This document shows positions 39,430 through 49,257 of a DNA stretch of 64,000 nt, one piece after another. Both the position numbers and the translations under genes were made by a program. The notes beneath the pieces were generated by a model that worked only from the letters and a program-made list of their open reading frames with translations, ran no database searches and was not told the origin of the DNA. The stretch is taken from contig CAVTRY010000011.1 in the NCBI GenBank assembly GCA_963737265.1, positions 1,248,001-1,312,000 on the forward strand, in the 5' to 3' direction. This DNA comes from an uncultured delta proteobacterium (lineage in GTDB: Bacteria > Myxococcota_A > Polyangia > Fen-1088). The stretch's first letter is position 1; every line of letters begins with the position of its first letter.

Positions 39430-41450
39430 CAGTCGAATCATCGACAATTACATACGATTGATCGCCAAGAAGTATCCGGAGATCCAGGTTTCGGATCTGC
39501 TCGAGTATGCCAGCATGACCGCCCACGAGGTGGCTGACGAAGGGCACTGGTTCACGCAGGACGAGATCGACCGCTTCTACGCGAAGCTCTCAGAACTCAC
39601 GCGAAACCCGCTCATCGCGCGAGAGGCCGGTCGCTATGCGGCGCACCCGGACGCCATGGGGGCAATGAAGCTCTTTTTCCTGGGAACGGTCGGGCCCGGC
39701 AAGGCCTACGAGCTGATTGGAAGGGGTGCGCGCCGGTTGACACGTTCCTCGACCTACGAATCGCGAAGCCTGCGCTCGAACAAGGTCGAGGTCACAGTCG
39801 CCTTCGGGGAGGGCGTGGAAGAAAGGCCCTATCAATGCGAGAACCGGATCGGTTTCTTTGAAGCGATCTCTATACTCTTCGCTCGCAACGCGCCGGCAAT
39901 CGAGCATCCGGAGTGCATCTTCCGAGGCGGGAAGACATGCCAGTACATCATCTCCTGGAGCGCGTCGAAAGCAGACTTGTTCAAGCGAGCGCGTAACTAC
40001 GCGGCGGTGTTCTCCGTCCCATTGGTCATCCTGGCTGCCATGGTCGCTCCCCGGTTCGGGCTTGCCCAGTTGTTGCCTGTGGTGATTGCGATTTTGTCGT
40101 TCCTCACGTCGCTCTGCCTTTCGCTGGAAAAGAAGGACATGGCCGCAAGCCTGAACAGCCTGTGCGACTCGACCCATCAACTGGTCAACCAGATTGAGAT
40201 GAACCACAACAATGCGGTTCTGACCAGCGAGATCGGCCAGTCCATCAGCAAGCGTTCTGGGTCGGTGGATGTCCTGCCCAGCGTGGTGAAAGCCTGCAAG
40301 AAGTGGCTCGACTACGATCGTTGTATGATCCTCCTAGCGGATAGCGGCAGAAGACACCTTGTTTTCGGCGCCGGCTATGGCCACGACGATCGGCAGATCA
40401 AACTCTTGCGGCAAACCGCCTTTCACCTGGACAAAGCCGGGATCGCGGGGCGTTTTCGTAATTTGTTTCAAGCAGCAGAGGTCGTTTCTCGTGAGCAACG
40501 TGGAGGAGATCGAAGACGCGCTCTCTCTCAAGAGTATGTCCTATGCCAAGGAGCTGGATGCGGAGTCCTTCATCTGCTGCCCCATCGTCAGCAACGGGGA
40601 ATCGATCGGCGTTCTGGCGGTAGACAACGTCAAGACCAAGCGGCCACTGGTCGAGACCGATCGCAATTTGCTGATCGGCGTGGCCTCCGTGGTCGGCATC
40701 AGTTTGCGCAACGAGGAGCTTCTCAAATCCAAGGACCGCCAGTTCCGCTCCATCCTGCACGGGCTGGCCGCCAGCATCGACGCACGCGATCCGCTCACCC
40801 GGGGGCACTCGGAAAAGGTCACGGAGTACACGCTGGGAATCTGCAACGAGCTTGGTTTTTCGCCCGAGCAGCGCGAGGTGATCTCGACCGCGGCGCTTTT
40901 GCACGACTACGGCAAGCTCGCGGTGCCGGACGCGATCCTTCGCAAGCCCGGCCTCTTGACTCCGCGCGAGCGGGAGTTGGTGAAGATTCACGCGGAGCAG
41001 ACCGAGAGGATCCTTCGCCAGATCAGCTTCGAGGGCATCTACCGGCAGGTTCCGGCCATCGCCGGCGCGCACCACGAAAAGATGGACGGCAGCGGTTACC
41101 CGCGCGGACTCAAGGGAGAGGAGATCCCGCTGGGAGCCCGGATCATCGGGGTGGCCGACTTCTTCGAGGCCATCACTGCCAAGCGCCACTACCGCGAGCC
41201 CATGCGCAGGGAAGAGGCCATCGCGCTTCTGAGGCGCGAAGCCGGCAAGAGCTTCGAGCCCCGCCTGGTGGACGCCTTCCTGCGCTATTACGAACAAGCC
41301 TATCCCGCGCAGCTCGAGCTCATGGCCCCGGTGTCCGTGCAACAGCCCGAGGAGACTCCGGTGCCGAAGACGCCGGTCGCGCTGATGCTAGGCCAGCCGC
41401 CCGAGGAAACTCCGGCACCGAAGACGCCGGTCGCGCTGAGGACTGCTTAG
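39401..41450 (+). CDS. HD-GYP phosphodiesterase with N-terminal V4R/H-NOX-like sensor, two TMs and GAF; frameshift near 40434 (probable +A error)
   Basis: CENRIGFFEA...IEHPEC..RGG..C.Y.ISW; GAF (FICCPIV...IGVLAVDN); RDPLTRGHSEKV, LLHDYGK, HHEKMDGSGYPRGL. Confidence 0.85.
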
Positions 41451-42313
41451 ATGGGTTTCTTCCCCTTGCACATGATGAGAGGCGTGTAGATGAATCGCCG
41501 GGGGTGATCGAGAAATGCGACCAGCTCGCGGCGAAAGTCCTCATATCCGCCTGGGTAGCCTTTCGCGAAGACGCCCGGAGTATTCCGAGTCGCCTCCGCC
41601 TTGGACAGCCAGTTGAAACGGTCGATCTCGGACAGTTCTCCGTAGATCAGGTGATGGGCCGACATTCGCACCTCGATATCGACGCATCCCAGGTCGTAGA
41701 GGTAGCTGTAGAGCTTTCTGCCGACAAAGGGGTCGAAACCGTTTTGCTTCTGCATGGCGAGCACCATGTCCCCCATCGTCTTTTCCAGACGCTCGCACGC
41801 GCCGAAGTGCCCCAGGCAGTTTTGGTCGAGATCGATCAGGCAGATGGTTCCGCCCGGTCCGAGGACCTGGTAGGCGTTCTTCGCGATGGCGAACGATTCA
41901 TCGGCGAAATACTCGAGCAAGAACCGGCTCCATACCAGGTCGATCCGACCCAGGTCGACGAGCGGGTCGCGAACATCTCTTTGCAGGTAGGTGATCCCGC
42001 TATTGGAGAATCTCTCCCTGGCGTACGCGATCCGCTGCGGCGAGCCGTCGATCCCCACCACCTCGCCTCCTGGCTGGGCGAGGCGGTTCAGGATATGGGT
42101 CGTCTTTCCGGCGCCGCAGCCGAGGTCGGCCACCCGTATACCTGGAACGACCCCGGCCCAGCGGGCCTGCTCCTCTACCGTTCCGGAGTCGGTCTTGAGG
42201 TCGAGCCGGAGGGACTCCTCCTCGCTTTCCATGAAGTAGGTGGGACCACTCATCGCCGGATCGGCTCCCGGATCAGGCAAGGAGGATACGCGCGCAGGCT
42301 TTTGCAGATCCAT
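41447..42313 (-). CDS. Class I SAM-dependent methyltransferase
   Basis: EEESLRL, VADLGCGAG, GIDGS, DLVWSRFLLEY, LGPGG, DPFVGRKL. Confidence 0.9.
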   Translation of the reverse strand: MDLQKPARVSSLPDPGADPAMSGPTYFMESEEESLRLDLKTDSGTVEEQARWAGVVPGIRVADLGCGAGKTTHILNRLAQPGGEVVGIDGSPQRIAYARERFSNSGITYLQRDVRDPLVDLGRIDLVWSRFLLEYFADESFAIAKNAYQVLGPGGTICLIDLDQNCLGHFGACERLEKTMGDMVLAMQKQNGFDPFVGRKLYSYLYDLGCVDIEVRMSAHHLIYGELSEIDRFNWLSKAEATRNTPGVFAKGYPGGYEDFRRELVAFLDHPRRFIYTPLIMCKGKKPI

Positions 42314-42655
42314 GGGCGTAGTTGAGGTAAGAACGTAAGAACGAATCGAAACACTTGTGCAACAAACCAGATTTGCCAACGCGCTCAGGCCCCAGAAACC
42401 GGGTCAAGCGCGCTGCGACGACGCTATTGGGACGAACCTGACTCGCTCAGTCACAGTTCTCCGACGCTCAAAAAAGCCGCTTCGATTAGAGTATGGCCAG
42501 GCGACGGCCACGGCGAGGTGGGAACGGATCTCGCCGGCCGACCCGGCGGCGATGCGGTAGTGGTGCGGACGATCCTGACCCGACAGACTTGCGGCGGCGA
42601 CGGCGATCGACGCGGGCTGGTAGTGCTTCCGTGCGCGCCATGCGATAGTCGAGTC

Positions 42656-43708
42656 GTGGTTCCTCCGAGTTTCATTCCCGAGCTCGTGCCGGTGCACTTT
42701 CCGGAGCTGGAAAACGCCGTCATCGAGCCGCTGGGCAACGGACTTATCAACCAAACTTTCCTGGCCGTGGCGGACGGGAAACGCTTCGTGTTGCAGCGTT
42801 TGGCCCCCATCTTCGCGCCGCGTATCAACGAAAACATCGCTGCCGTGACTCGCGCCCTGGCGACAGCCGGGCTTACCACGCCATCGCTCGTCGCAACCCG
42901 CGAAGGACGGCTGTGGCTCGACCTTGGTCAGAAAGACGGCGTGTGGCGCCTGCAGACCTTCGTGGCGGGCCATTCTTTCGACAAGGTTCACAGCCTCGCG
43001 CAGGCGCGCGCAGCCGGCGCCCTGGTGGCGCGCTTCCATCGCGCCCTCGAAGGTGTCGCGCACCCATTCGTCGGCATTCGCGAAGACGTGCACGATACGG
43101 CGAAGCATCTTGTTCGCCTGCGCGCAGCGCTTTCCCGCCACGCCGACCACCGTCTGATTCCCAAGGTTCGTCCGCTGGCCGAATCGATCCTGAGCCGGGC
43201 TGAAAAGCTCCCGCCCCTGCCGGAGCTACCGCCGCGCATTTGCCACGGCGACCTCAAGCTCAACAACATTCTCTTCGCCGGCGCCGAAGCCCCAGCCTCG
43301 GAGGAGGCTCTTTGTCTCATCGACTTGGACACCGTCGGTCCCATGTCGCTGGCCTATGAGCTCGGCGACGCCTGGCGATCCTGGTGCAACCAGAGCGGCG
43401 AAGATGCTGCGCAAGCGAGCATCAATCTAGCCGCCATGCGAGAGTCGCTCGCGGGCTATACCGCCGCTCTCGGGCGCGCCCTCGCCGAGCGGGAGCGTCG
43501 CGCATTGTTGGGCGGAGTCGAGTGGGTAAGCCTTGAGCTGGCCAGCCGTTTCGCCGCCGATGCTCTCGATGAGCGCTACTTCGGCTGGGATCCCTTGCGC
43601 CACGTCAGCCGCGGCGACCACAACCTCGTCCGCGGGAGTGGACAACTGGCCCTGCACGAGGCCTTCGTGGCAACCCGAGCCGAGCGGAAAAACATGCTCG
43701 GGCTATGA
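42656..43708 (+). CDS. Aminoglycoside phosphotransferase / N-acetylhexosamine kinase-like protein
   Basis: GNGLINQTF, CHGDLKLNNILF, CLIDLDT; start uncertain. Confidence 0.85.
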   Translation: MVPPSFIPELVPVHFPELENAVIEPLGNGLINQTFLAVADGKRFVLQRLAPIFAPRINENIAAVTRALATAGLTTPSLVATREGRLWLDLGQKDGVWRLQTFVAGHSFDKVHSLAQARAAGALVARFHRALEGVAHPFVGIREDVHDTAKHLVRLRAALSRHADHRLIPKVRPLAESILSRAEKLPPLPELPPRICHGDLKLNNILFAGAEAPASEEALCLIDLDTVGPMSLAYELGDAWRSWCNQSGEDAAQASINLAAMRESLAGYTAALGRALAERERRALLGGVEWVSLELASRFAADALDERYFGWDPLRHVSRGDHNLVRGSGQLALHEAFVATRAERKNMLGL

Positions 43709-43753
43709 ACACTTATCGGAGGTAGTTCCGTTAGCTTGCTCTCATGGTGATAA

Positions 43754-45412
43754 CTAGCTCTTGCGGAACGGGTGGCCGCGGCGGGCTTGGTAGGCTTCGA
43801 GGTAGAGGCGCTCATAGTCAGCGGCGGCCCGATCCCAGGAGAAATCCTGCTGCATGGCCCGTTTGCGCATGGCCGCGATGTGCTGGGGCCGGTCGAAGTA
43901 GGTCGACAGCGCCCAACCGATGGTGTCGGCGATGGCCCCGGGACTAAGATCCCAGAAGATGAATCCAGTCCCATTTCCATTCGACTGATCGTAGTTCGAT
44001 ACGGTGTCGAGAAGGCCACCCGTGCCGCGCACGATGGGCAAGGTGCCATAGCGCTGACTGTACATCTGGTTGAGTCCGCAGGGCTCGAAACGCGATGGCA
44101 TGAGCAGAAAATCCACCCCGGCCTCGATCCTGTGCGCCAGTCTCTCGTCGAAGCCGATGAAGGCGCGGAACCTGTCGCCGCGCACGGCCGCCAGATGGGA
44201 AAAGAAACGCTCGGCTTCCGGATCGCCATTGCCGAGCAAAATCATCTGTAAGTCCCAAGCCAGGATCCGGTCCAGCGCGTGCGCCAGCACGTCGAACCCC
44301 TTCTGTGGAGTCAAGCGTCCGACCACGCCGAAGACGGGCACGTCGGGACGAACCGGCAACCCGAGCTGCTGTTGCAGGGCCGCCTTGCACGTCGCCTTAG
44401 CCGTGAAGTCGTCTGCGCTGAAAGGCGCCGCGATGTACGGATCTTGGGCTGGGTTCCACTCATGCGTGTCGATGCCGTTGAGCACGCCGCGCAAGTCGTG
44501 GCTGCGTAGAGCCAACTCACCGTCCAGACCGAAGCCGTAGGCGGACGTCTGAATCTCGCGGGCGTAGGTCGGACTTACCGTGGAAAGAAGGTTCGCATGC
44601 CGGATCGCGGCCTTCATCAGGTTCATGTCGCCGAAATGTTCGAACTCGAAGGAATTGTAGTGCTGCGATCCGAGGCCCGTGATGAACAGTGCCCCGCTTT
44701 CGAAGTTCCCTTGGTAGGCCAGGTTGTGAATCGTGAACAGGGTTCCCGCACCGTGAAGTGGCTTCGACCATTCGACCGTGTTCACGTACACTGGCACGAG
44801 CGCGGTCTGCCAGTCGTTGGCGTGAATCACATCGGGAATAAATCCGAGGGTCTTGCATGCCTCGAGCGCGGCGCGCGAAAGAAAAGAGAAGCGTTCCAGG
44901 TTGTCGGGATAGGCTTGGCCGGGCGGACCGTAGAGATAGGGACGGTCGAAGAAGCGGTTATACTCGATGAAGTAGACTGGAACGTCGCTGCCCGGCAGAT
45001 GGCCCATGCGCACGCCGGCCCGGGCCTGCCCAAAGTACATGGGCACGGACAACATGCCGTCCAGGCGTTCAAGCGTGTTCCAGGGGATGCCTTGATAAAG
45101 CGGCATCACGACGCGTATGTCGATTCCGCGCTGGCGCAAGGCTCGCGGCAACACGCCCGCCACATCGGCAAGACCGCCCGTCTTCCTGAAGGGCGCGATT
45201 TCCGAAGCTACAAACAGCACCTTTAGCGGAGCCGGGCCAGCTTCCGTCACGACGCGCGTCGATGTCACAACCGTGCTGTGAATCGCTGCGGATCTTGCCT
45301 CCCGGACTACGCTCGTCGCCGAAGGCGCTACCTTCGCCGCCGCCTCAACCGCGCGGGCGGACTTCGTCTTCGCGGCTGTCTTGCCGCCCGTGTTTTTGCT
45401 GCCGACTTTCAA
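43754..45412 (-). CDS. glgA: Glycogen synthase, possibly with an Ala/Lys/Thr-rich N-terminal extension
   Basis: SEIAPFRKTGGLADV, HANDWQ, TIHNLAYQG, TVSPTYA, MPSRFEPCGLNQ, TGGL.DTV; start TTG 45412 or later. Confidence 0.93.
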   Translation of the reverse strand: MKVGSKNTGGKTAAKTKSARAVEAAAKVAPSATSVVREARSAAIHSTVVTSTRVVTEAGPAPLKVLFVASEIAPFRKTGGLADVAGVLPRALRQRGIDIRVVMPLYQGIPWNTLERLDGMLSVPMYFGQARAGVRMGHLPGSDVPVYFIEYNRFFDRPYLYGPPGQAYPDNLERFSFLSRAALEACKTLGFIPDVIHANDWQTALVPVYVNTVEWSKPLHGAGTLFTIHNLAYQGNFESGALFITGLGSQHYNSFEFEHFGDMNLMKAAIRHANLLSTVSPTYAREIQTSAYGFGLDGELALRSHDLRGVLNGIDTHEWNPAQDPYIAAPFSADDFTAKATCKAALQQQLGLPVRPDVPVFGVVGRLTPQKGFDVLAHALDRILAWDLQMILLGNGDPEAERFFSHLAAVRGDRFRAFIGFDERLAHRIEAGVDFLLMPSRFEPCGLNQMYSQRYGTLPIVRGTGGLLDTVSNYDQSNGNGTGFIFWDLSPGAIADTIGWALSTYFDRPQHIAAMRKRAMQQDFSWDRAAADYERLYLEAYQARRGHPFRKS

Positions 45413-45461
45413 CGTGGGGCTACTGGGCGTGTCGCTGGTGCGCGGGGGCCGAGCGGAGCCG

Positions 45462-47048
45462 CTACGACGCGTAGATCCGGTAGTCGATGTCCGGGAAGAT
45501 GTTGTCTTGTGCTTCAACGGATGCCAGGTACTGCTCGTCCACCTTCCCCTGCTTCAGATCATCGTAAAGCCGGGAGAAGCGGATCACGTGTTCGTTGAAT
45601 CGTCGGGTCGCATAAGGAACTGTTGTTCCGGTGGACATAATGAAGGTCCAGTCGCTCGCCTGGGCAAGCATGAGCTCGCGCGCCGCCTGCTTGAGCGCGC
45701 GCACCGTCAGCGGATTCGACGCGCCCCAATGGCCGCGGGCCAATTCGACCATGCGCTCGCCCGCGGCGTGGATGTGGCGCCAGGTCCAGGCATTGGTTTC
45801 GTTTAGCCACTGTTCGCCGTAACCCTTGAGCCCCCACGACGACGCGCACGGCGTGGCGAGCTGGTTGGTGGCGTGCTTGTCGAGGTACTCGCTCGGCGTG
45901 ATGGGCTGCACCGTGCTTTGATCGAAGTGGAGCTGCCGGAAGAGATCGGCCAGGAAGATTGGGCCTTCGTACCACCAGTGGCCGTACAATTCGGCGTCGT
46001 AGGGGCTGACGATGATGGGCGGGCGATCCATGCCTGCGGCCAGCCGCTCGACCTGTTTTTCCATGTTGCCGCGGAAATGCGAGGCGTGCAGCCCGGCCTT
46101 GCCGCGCGCGACGTCGGGATCGTAGACCCACTTGTCGTGCAACTTGCCATGGGTGATGGCGTGGTACTTGAATCCGGTGTACATCCGGTGCCCTTCCGGG
46201 TGGATGTGCGGGCCGATGTAGTCGATGGGCAGATCGAAGCCGATGTCGCGATAGAAATCGCGGTAGTGCGGATCGCCCGGATAGCCGAACTTGGCGCTCC
46301 ACACCTGCTCTGACGATTCCGTGTCGCGGCCAAACGCGGCCACGCCAGTCGCGCAGTAAATCGGCGCGTACACGTCGTACACGGGCCGCCGGTCAGCGAA
46401 CAGGATGCTGTGGCTGTCCACGAAGAAGTAGCGGATCGCGGCCTCGCGCAGAAGCTCGTCCACTCCCGGGGTGTAGCCGCACTCACCCAGCCACATGCCA
46501 GCCGGCCTGCGCCCGAAGTGCTTTTCGTAGTAATCGGCCGCGGTGTGAACTTGGGCGCGCAAGGCAGCCCAGTTGCGATCGAGTAGCGGAAAAAATGCGT
46601 GGGTCGCCGTCGAGGTGATGACCTCGAGTCCGCCAGCGTCCTGAAGCTTGCGAAAGGCGCCGACTAGGTTGCCTTCGTGGCAGCGCCAGGTGTGGCGCAG
46701 GCTGTGAAAGCGGCTGTGGTACATCTCGGCGAGCCTGCGGTAATGCGGCTCGCTCTTCGTCCGATCCATTTCCTTTTCGGCCAGAAGGATCAGGTCGTCG
46801 AGGTGGTCGGCATAGCGCACCTTAAGCAGGTCGTCGGTCAGCATCGCGATGAGCGGCGCGGACAGGGAGACCGTGCAGCGATAAGGCACGTGGTCGGACT
46901 GCAACCCTTCGAACATTTGCAAAAGCGGCAAATACGTTCCGGTGATGGCCTCGTAGAGCCATTGTTCCTCCATCACCGTCGGATCCTCGGGGTGACGGAC
47001 GAAGGGAAGGTGAGCGTGCAAAACGAGAGCGAAGTATCCGGTAGGCAT
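45462..47048 (-). CDS. GH57 1,4-alpha-glucan branching enzyme
   Basis: LHAHLPFVRH, EQWLYEA, GMWLGECGY, YDAELYGHWWYEG, ARELMLAQASDW. Confidence 0.92.
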   Translation of the reverse strand: MPTGYFALVLHAHLPFVRHPEDPTVMEEQWLYEAITGTYLPLLQMFEGLQSDHVPYRCTVSLSAPLIAMLTDDLLKVRYADHLDDLILLAEKEMDRTKSEPHYRRLAEMYHSRFHSLRHTWRCHEGNLVGAFRKLQDAGGLEVITSTATHAFFPLLDRNWAALRAQVHTAADYYEKHFGRRPAGMWLGECGYTPGVDELLREAAIRYFFVDSHSILFADRRPVYDVYAPIYCATGVAAFGRDTESSEQVWSAKFGYPGDPHYRDFYRDIGFDLPIDYIGPHIHPEGHRMYTGFKYHAITHGKLHDKWVYDPDVARGKAGLHASHFRGNMEKQVERLAAGMDRPPIIVSPYDAELYGHWWYEGPIFLADLFRQLHFDQSTVQPITPSEYLDKHATNQLATPCASSWGLKGYGEQWLNETNAWTWRHIHAAGERMVELARGHWGASNPLTVRALKQAARELMLAQASDWTFIMSTGTTVPYATRRFNEHVIRFSRLYDDLKQGKVDEQYLASVEAQDNIFPDIDYRIYAS

Positions 47049-47053
47049 GACGG

Positions 47054-48766
47054 CTATTCCTTGTTACCGAGTCCTGAACCAATCGAGTCGGGGGACGGAT
47101 AGTGGCCGTCGGTCGAGGCGTGCGATGCCGGCGCCTCGCCGTTTGACTGGCCGCCGGCCAGCCGACCTTCGCTGCCCCCACCCAGAACTTGTTCGCTCGC
47201 GCCACCCAGCCGCAATTCGCTGGCGCCCCCTATCAGCCGTTCGCTTGCCCCGCGCAGACGCAGCTCGCTCGCGCCCTGATACTGGGTTTCGCTCGCGCCA
47301 CGCATCTTGTACTGGCTCGCCCCCATGAAGAGTCGTTCGCTTGCCCCGCGCGCGCGAAACTCACTGGCACCCAAGAAGAAGACCTCGGACGCTCCGCCCA
47401 GCCGCAGCTCGCTGGCATAGCGCCAGCGCTGCTCGCTCGCCCCCATGAGCAGCCTTTCGGAGCTACCCGGAATCGCGTATTCCCTCGCCTCGGAACCCAC
47501 GATGTCCGCCGTCTCCTCGGAGATCCACGAGCGATAGATTTCCCACCGTGCGACCACCGCGCGCCCCTGGAAAGAACCGACACCCCTGATCACAACCTGC
47601 CACGGACCGTGCACGATGTGGGTGCGACCGCCGACGCGATAGACGCGCGCCGGCCCGACGAAGTCCTCGCGGACCGGCTCGGGAGCGCTGACCGGATAGG
47701 TGAACGGTCCCGCCTCCCAGGCCGAGACCATAACCGGACTTTCCCAGTTGATTTGGCGGTGAATCTCGGTCGTGCCGTCGGTGAAGTGCTCCTCCCATTC
47801 CACGACATCCTTGCGCCCGCCCTCGTCCGTAGTAATGGATTCCTCCCACGGCAGCAGTGCGACGTGGCGTCGCTGACCCGGTGCTGGGATTCCCGCCGTC
47901 GGCGTGGTCGCAGCTGCCGCAAGGCCCGGCGCTTGCCGGCGCATGTGAGGGCCGCGGCCCGCGTGTTCGACCTGGCCCAAGAACGAACGCACGCTCAGCC
48001 ACTCGGGCTCGCCCCACGGCGCCGGCTCGCGCCGCGAAAACTCCACCCGGCCGGAACGAACGATTTTTTCGAAGTAGCCCTCGTTCGACTTGAGGCCGAT
48101 GTCGACGAAGGCCGACGACGACGGTTTCCCAATCTGGAAAAACCAGTGTCGGTCGCCGCGGTCGATCCGATGGTCGAAGTAAGAATGGGCGTTGGTGCCG
48201 TCGAAAATACGATCAGTGGTGTCGTAGATGCGCAGATTCAGCCAGGCGTCCTTGCCCGCCGCGCCCAAATGCGCGCGAACTCGTTCGATCGAATCATCGG
48301 TGACCTCCCAGTAGACAAACAGTCGGTCGGGATCCACGTCCATTCCGGTCACGCGATCGTAGCCATAAGACCAGGGAATCGTCGCCGGAGGCTCGGCCTT
48401 GGCGTGCTCACGTACCTCGAACTTGTGCGACAGAACCGAGTCGGATCCATCGCCGGCATCGGGCGATTCCTTTTCGCCGTCGCCTGCGAGCAACCGTTCG
48501 CCTTGGGCGGGCCGGGGTTTCGCGGGCACCGGCGCAGGCGCCAGGCGCGCGCTGAAATCGTCGGCGACCCGCAGGGCGAGCTCTTCCTTGCTCAGCTTGG
48601 AAACTCCCTTTAGTTGCAACCGTTTGGCGCATTCGAAGAGCTGCCGCTGCGTAAATTTGGCCAGGCTCTTGCGATCGAGCTTGGTCAGCTCGTCGCTGTT
48701 TTTGATTCCTAGTGCCGCCGCGGCACGTTCAAGCACCTTGTCCTCCGATGGCTTACCTGTCCCCAT
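47054..48766 (-). CDS. DUF4912 protein with Rho-N-like N-terminus and C-terminal GASE repeats
   Basis: AKRLQLKGVSKLSKEEL (Rho-N-like), YG.DRV..M.VDP..LFVYWEV, LRIYDTT (DUF4912). Confidence 0.85.
   Translation of the reverse strand: MGTGKPSEDKVLERAAAALGIKNSDELTKLDRKSLAKFTQRQLFECAKRLQLKGVSKLSKEELALRVADDFSARLAPAPVPAKPRPAQGERLLAGDGEKESPDAGDGSDSVLSHKFEVREHAKAEPPATIPWSYGYDRVTGMDVDPDRLFVYWEVTDDSIERVRAHLGAAGKDAWLNLRIYDTTDRIFDGTNAHSYFDHRIDRGDRHWFFQIGKPSSSAFVDIGLKSNEGYFEKIVRSGRVEFSRREPAPWGEPEWLSVRSFLGQVEHAGRGPHMRRQAPGLAAAATTPTAGIPAPGQRRHVALLPWEESITTDEGGRKDVVEWEEHFTDGTTEIHRQINWESPVMVSAWEAGPFTYPVSAPEPVREDFVGPARVYRVGGRTHIVHGPWQVVIRGVGSFQGRAVVARWEIYRSWISEETADIVGSEAREYAIPGSSERLLMGASEQRWRYASELRLGGASEVFFLGASEFRARGASERLFMGASQYKMRGASETQYQGASELRLRGASERLIGGASELRLGGASEQVLGGGSEGRLAGGQSNGEAPASHASTDGHYPSPDSIGSGLGNKE
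47156..47467 (-). repeat. 13 tandem octapeptide repeats (GASExxxx; 24-nt period)
   Basis: GSSERLLM GASEQRWR YASELRLG GASEVFFL GASEFRAR GASERLFM GASQYKMR GASETQYQ GASELRLR GASERLIG GASELRLG GASEQVLG GGSEGRLA. Confidence 0.92.
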
Positions 48767-48863
48767 AGCGCAATGACATTAACCCATTAGCGGCGCTCCC
48801 GCCCGTTTCTAAGCTGTTTCGGGTCGCATTTTGGAACGCGACGCGCTGGCCCGCATTCCCGTG

Positions 48864-49199
48864 TCAAACCGCGCGGGGAAGAAAGGCAAATCCGACCGCG
48901 GCAAGCAGCAACGCGAACGCCACTAGGTGATTCCAACGTGGTGCCTCGCCCAGCCACAGCGCGGAGAAGCCGACGAACACGGCCAGCGTGATGACCTCCT
49001 GGATGATTTTGAGCTGGTAGGCCGTGAACTGTCCGTACCCCCAGCGGTTGGCTGGAACTTGCAAACAGTATTCGAAAAATGCGATGCACCAACTCGCCAG
49101 CACGACCTTCCACAAGGCCACGCCTCTGAAACGAAGGTGGCCATACCAAGCCGCGGTCATAAAAACGTTGCTGAGCAGCAGAAGAACCACCGTACGCAT
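48864..49199 (-). CDS. DMT superfamily small membrane protein (DUF486-like)
   Basis: SNVFMTAAWYGHL, SWCIAFFEYCLQVPANR, QLKIIQEVITL. Confidence 0.88.
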   Translation of the reverse strand: MRTVVLLLLSNVFMTAAWYGHLRFRGVALWKVVLASWCIAFFEYCLQVPANRWGYGQFTAYQLKIIQEVITLAVFVGFSALWLGEAPRWNHLVAFALLLAAVGFAFLPRAV

Positions 49200-49257
49200 G
49201 GGCCCTTGCCTACCAGGCATCGGGAAGTCGTACAACGCGTGCTATGGTTCGCACTCC

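Noticed and set aside
39341-42325. 994-aa ORF as a single protein
   Set aside because: Only the first part is real; after the frameshift near 40434 it runs out of frame through the HD-GYP gene and antisense to the methyltransferase
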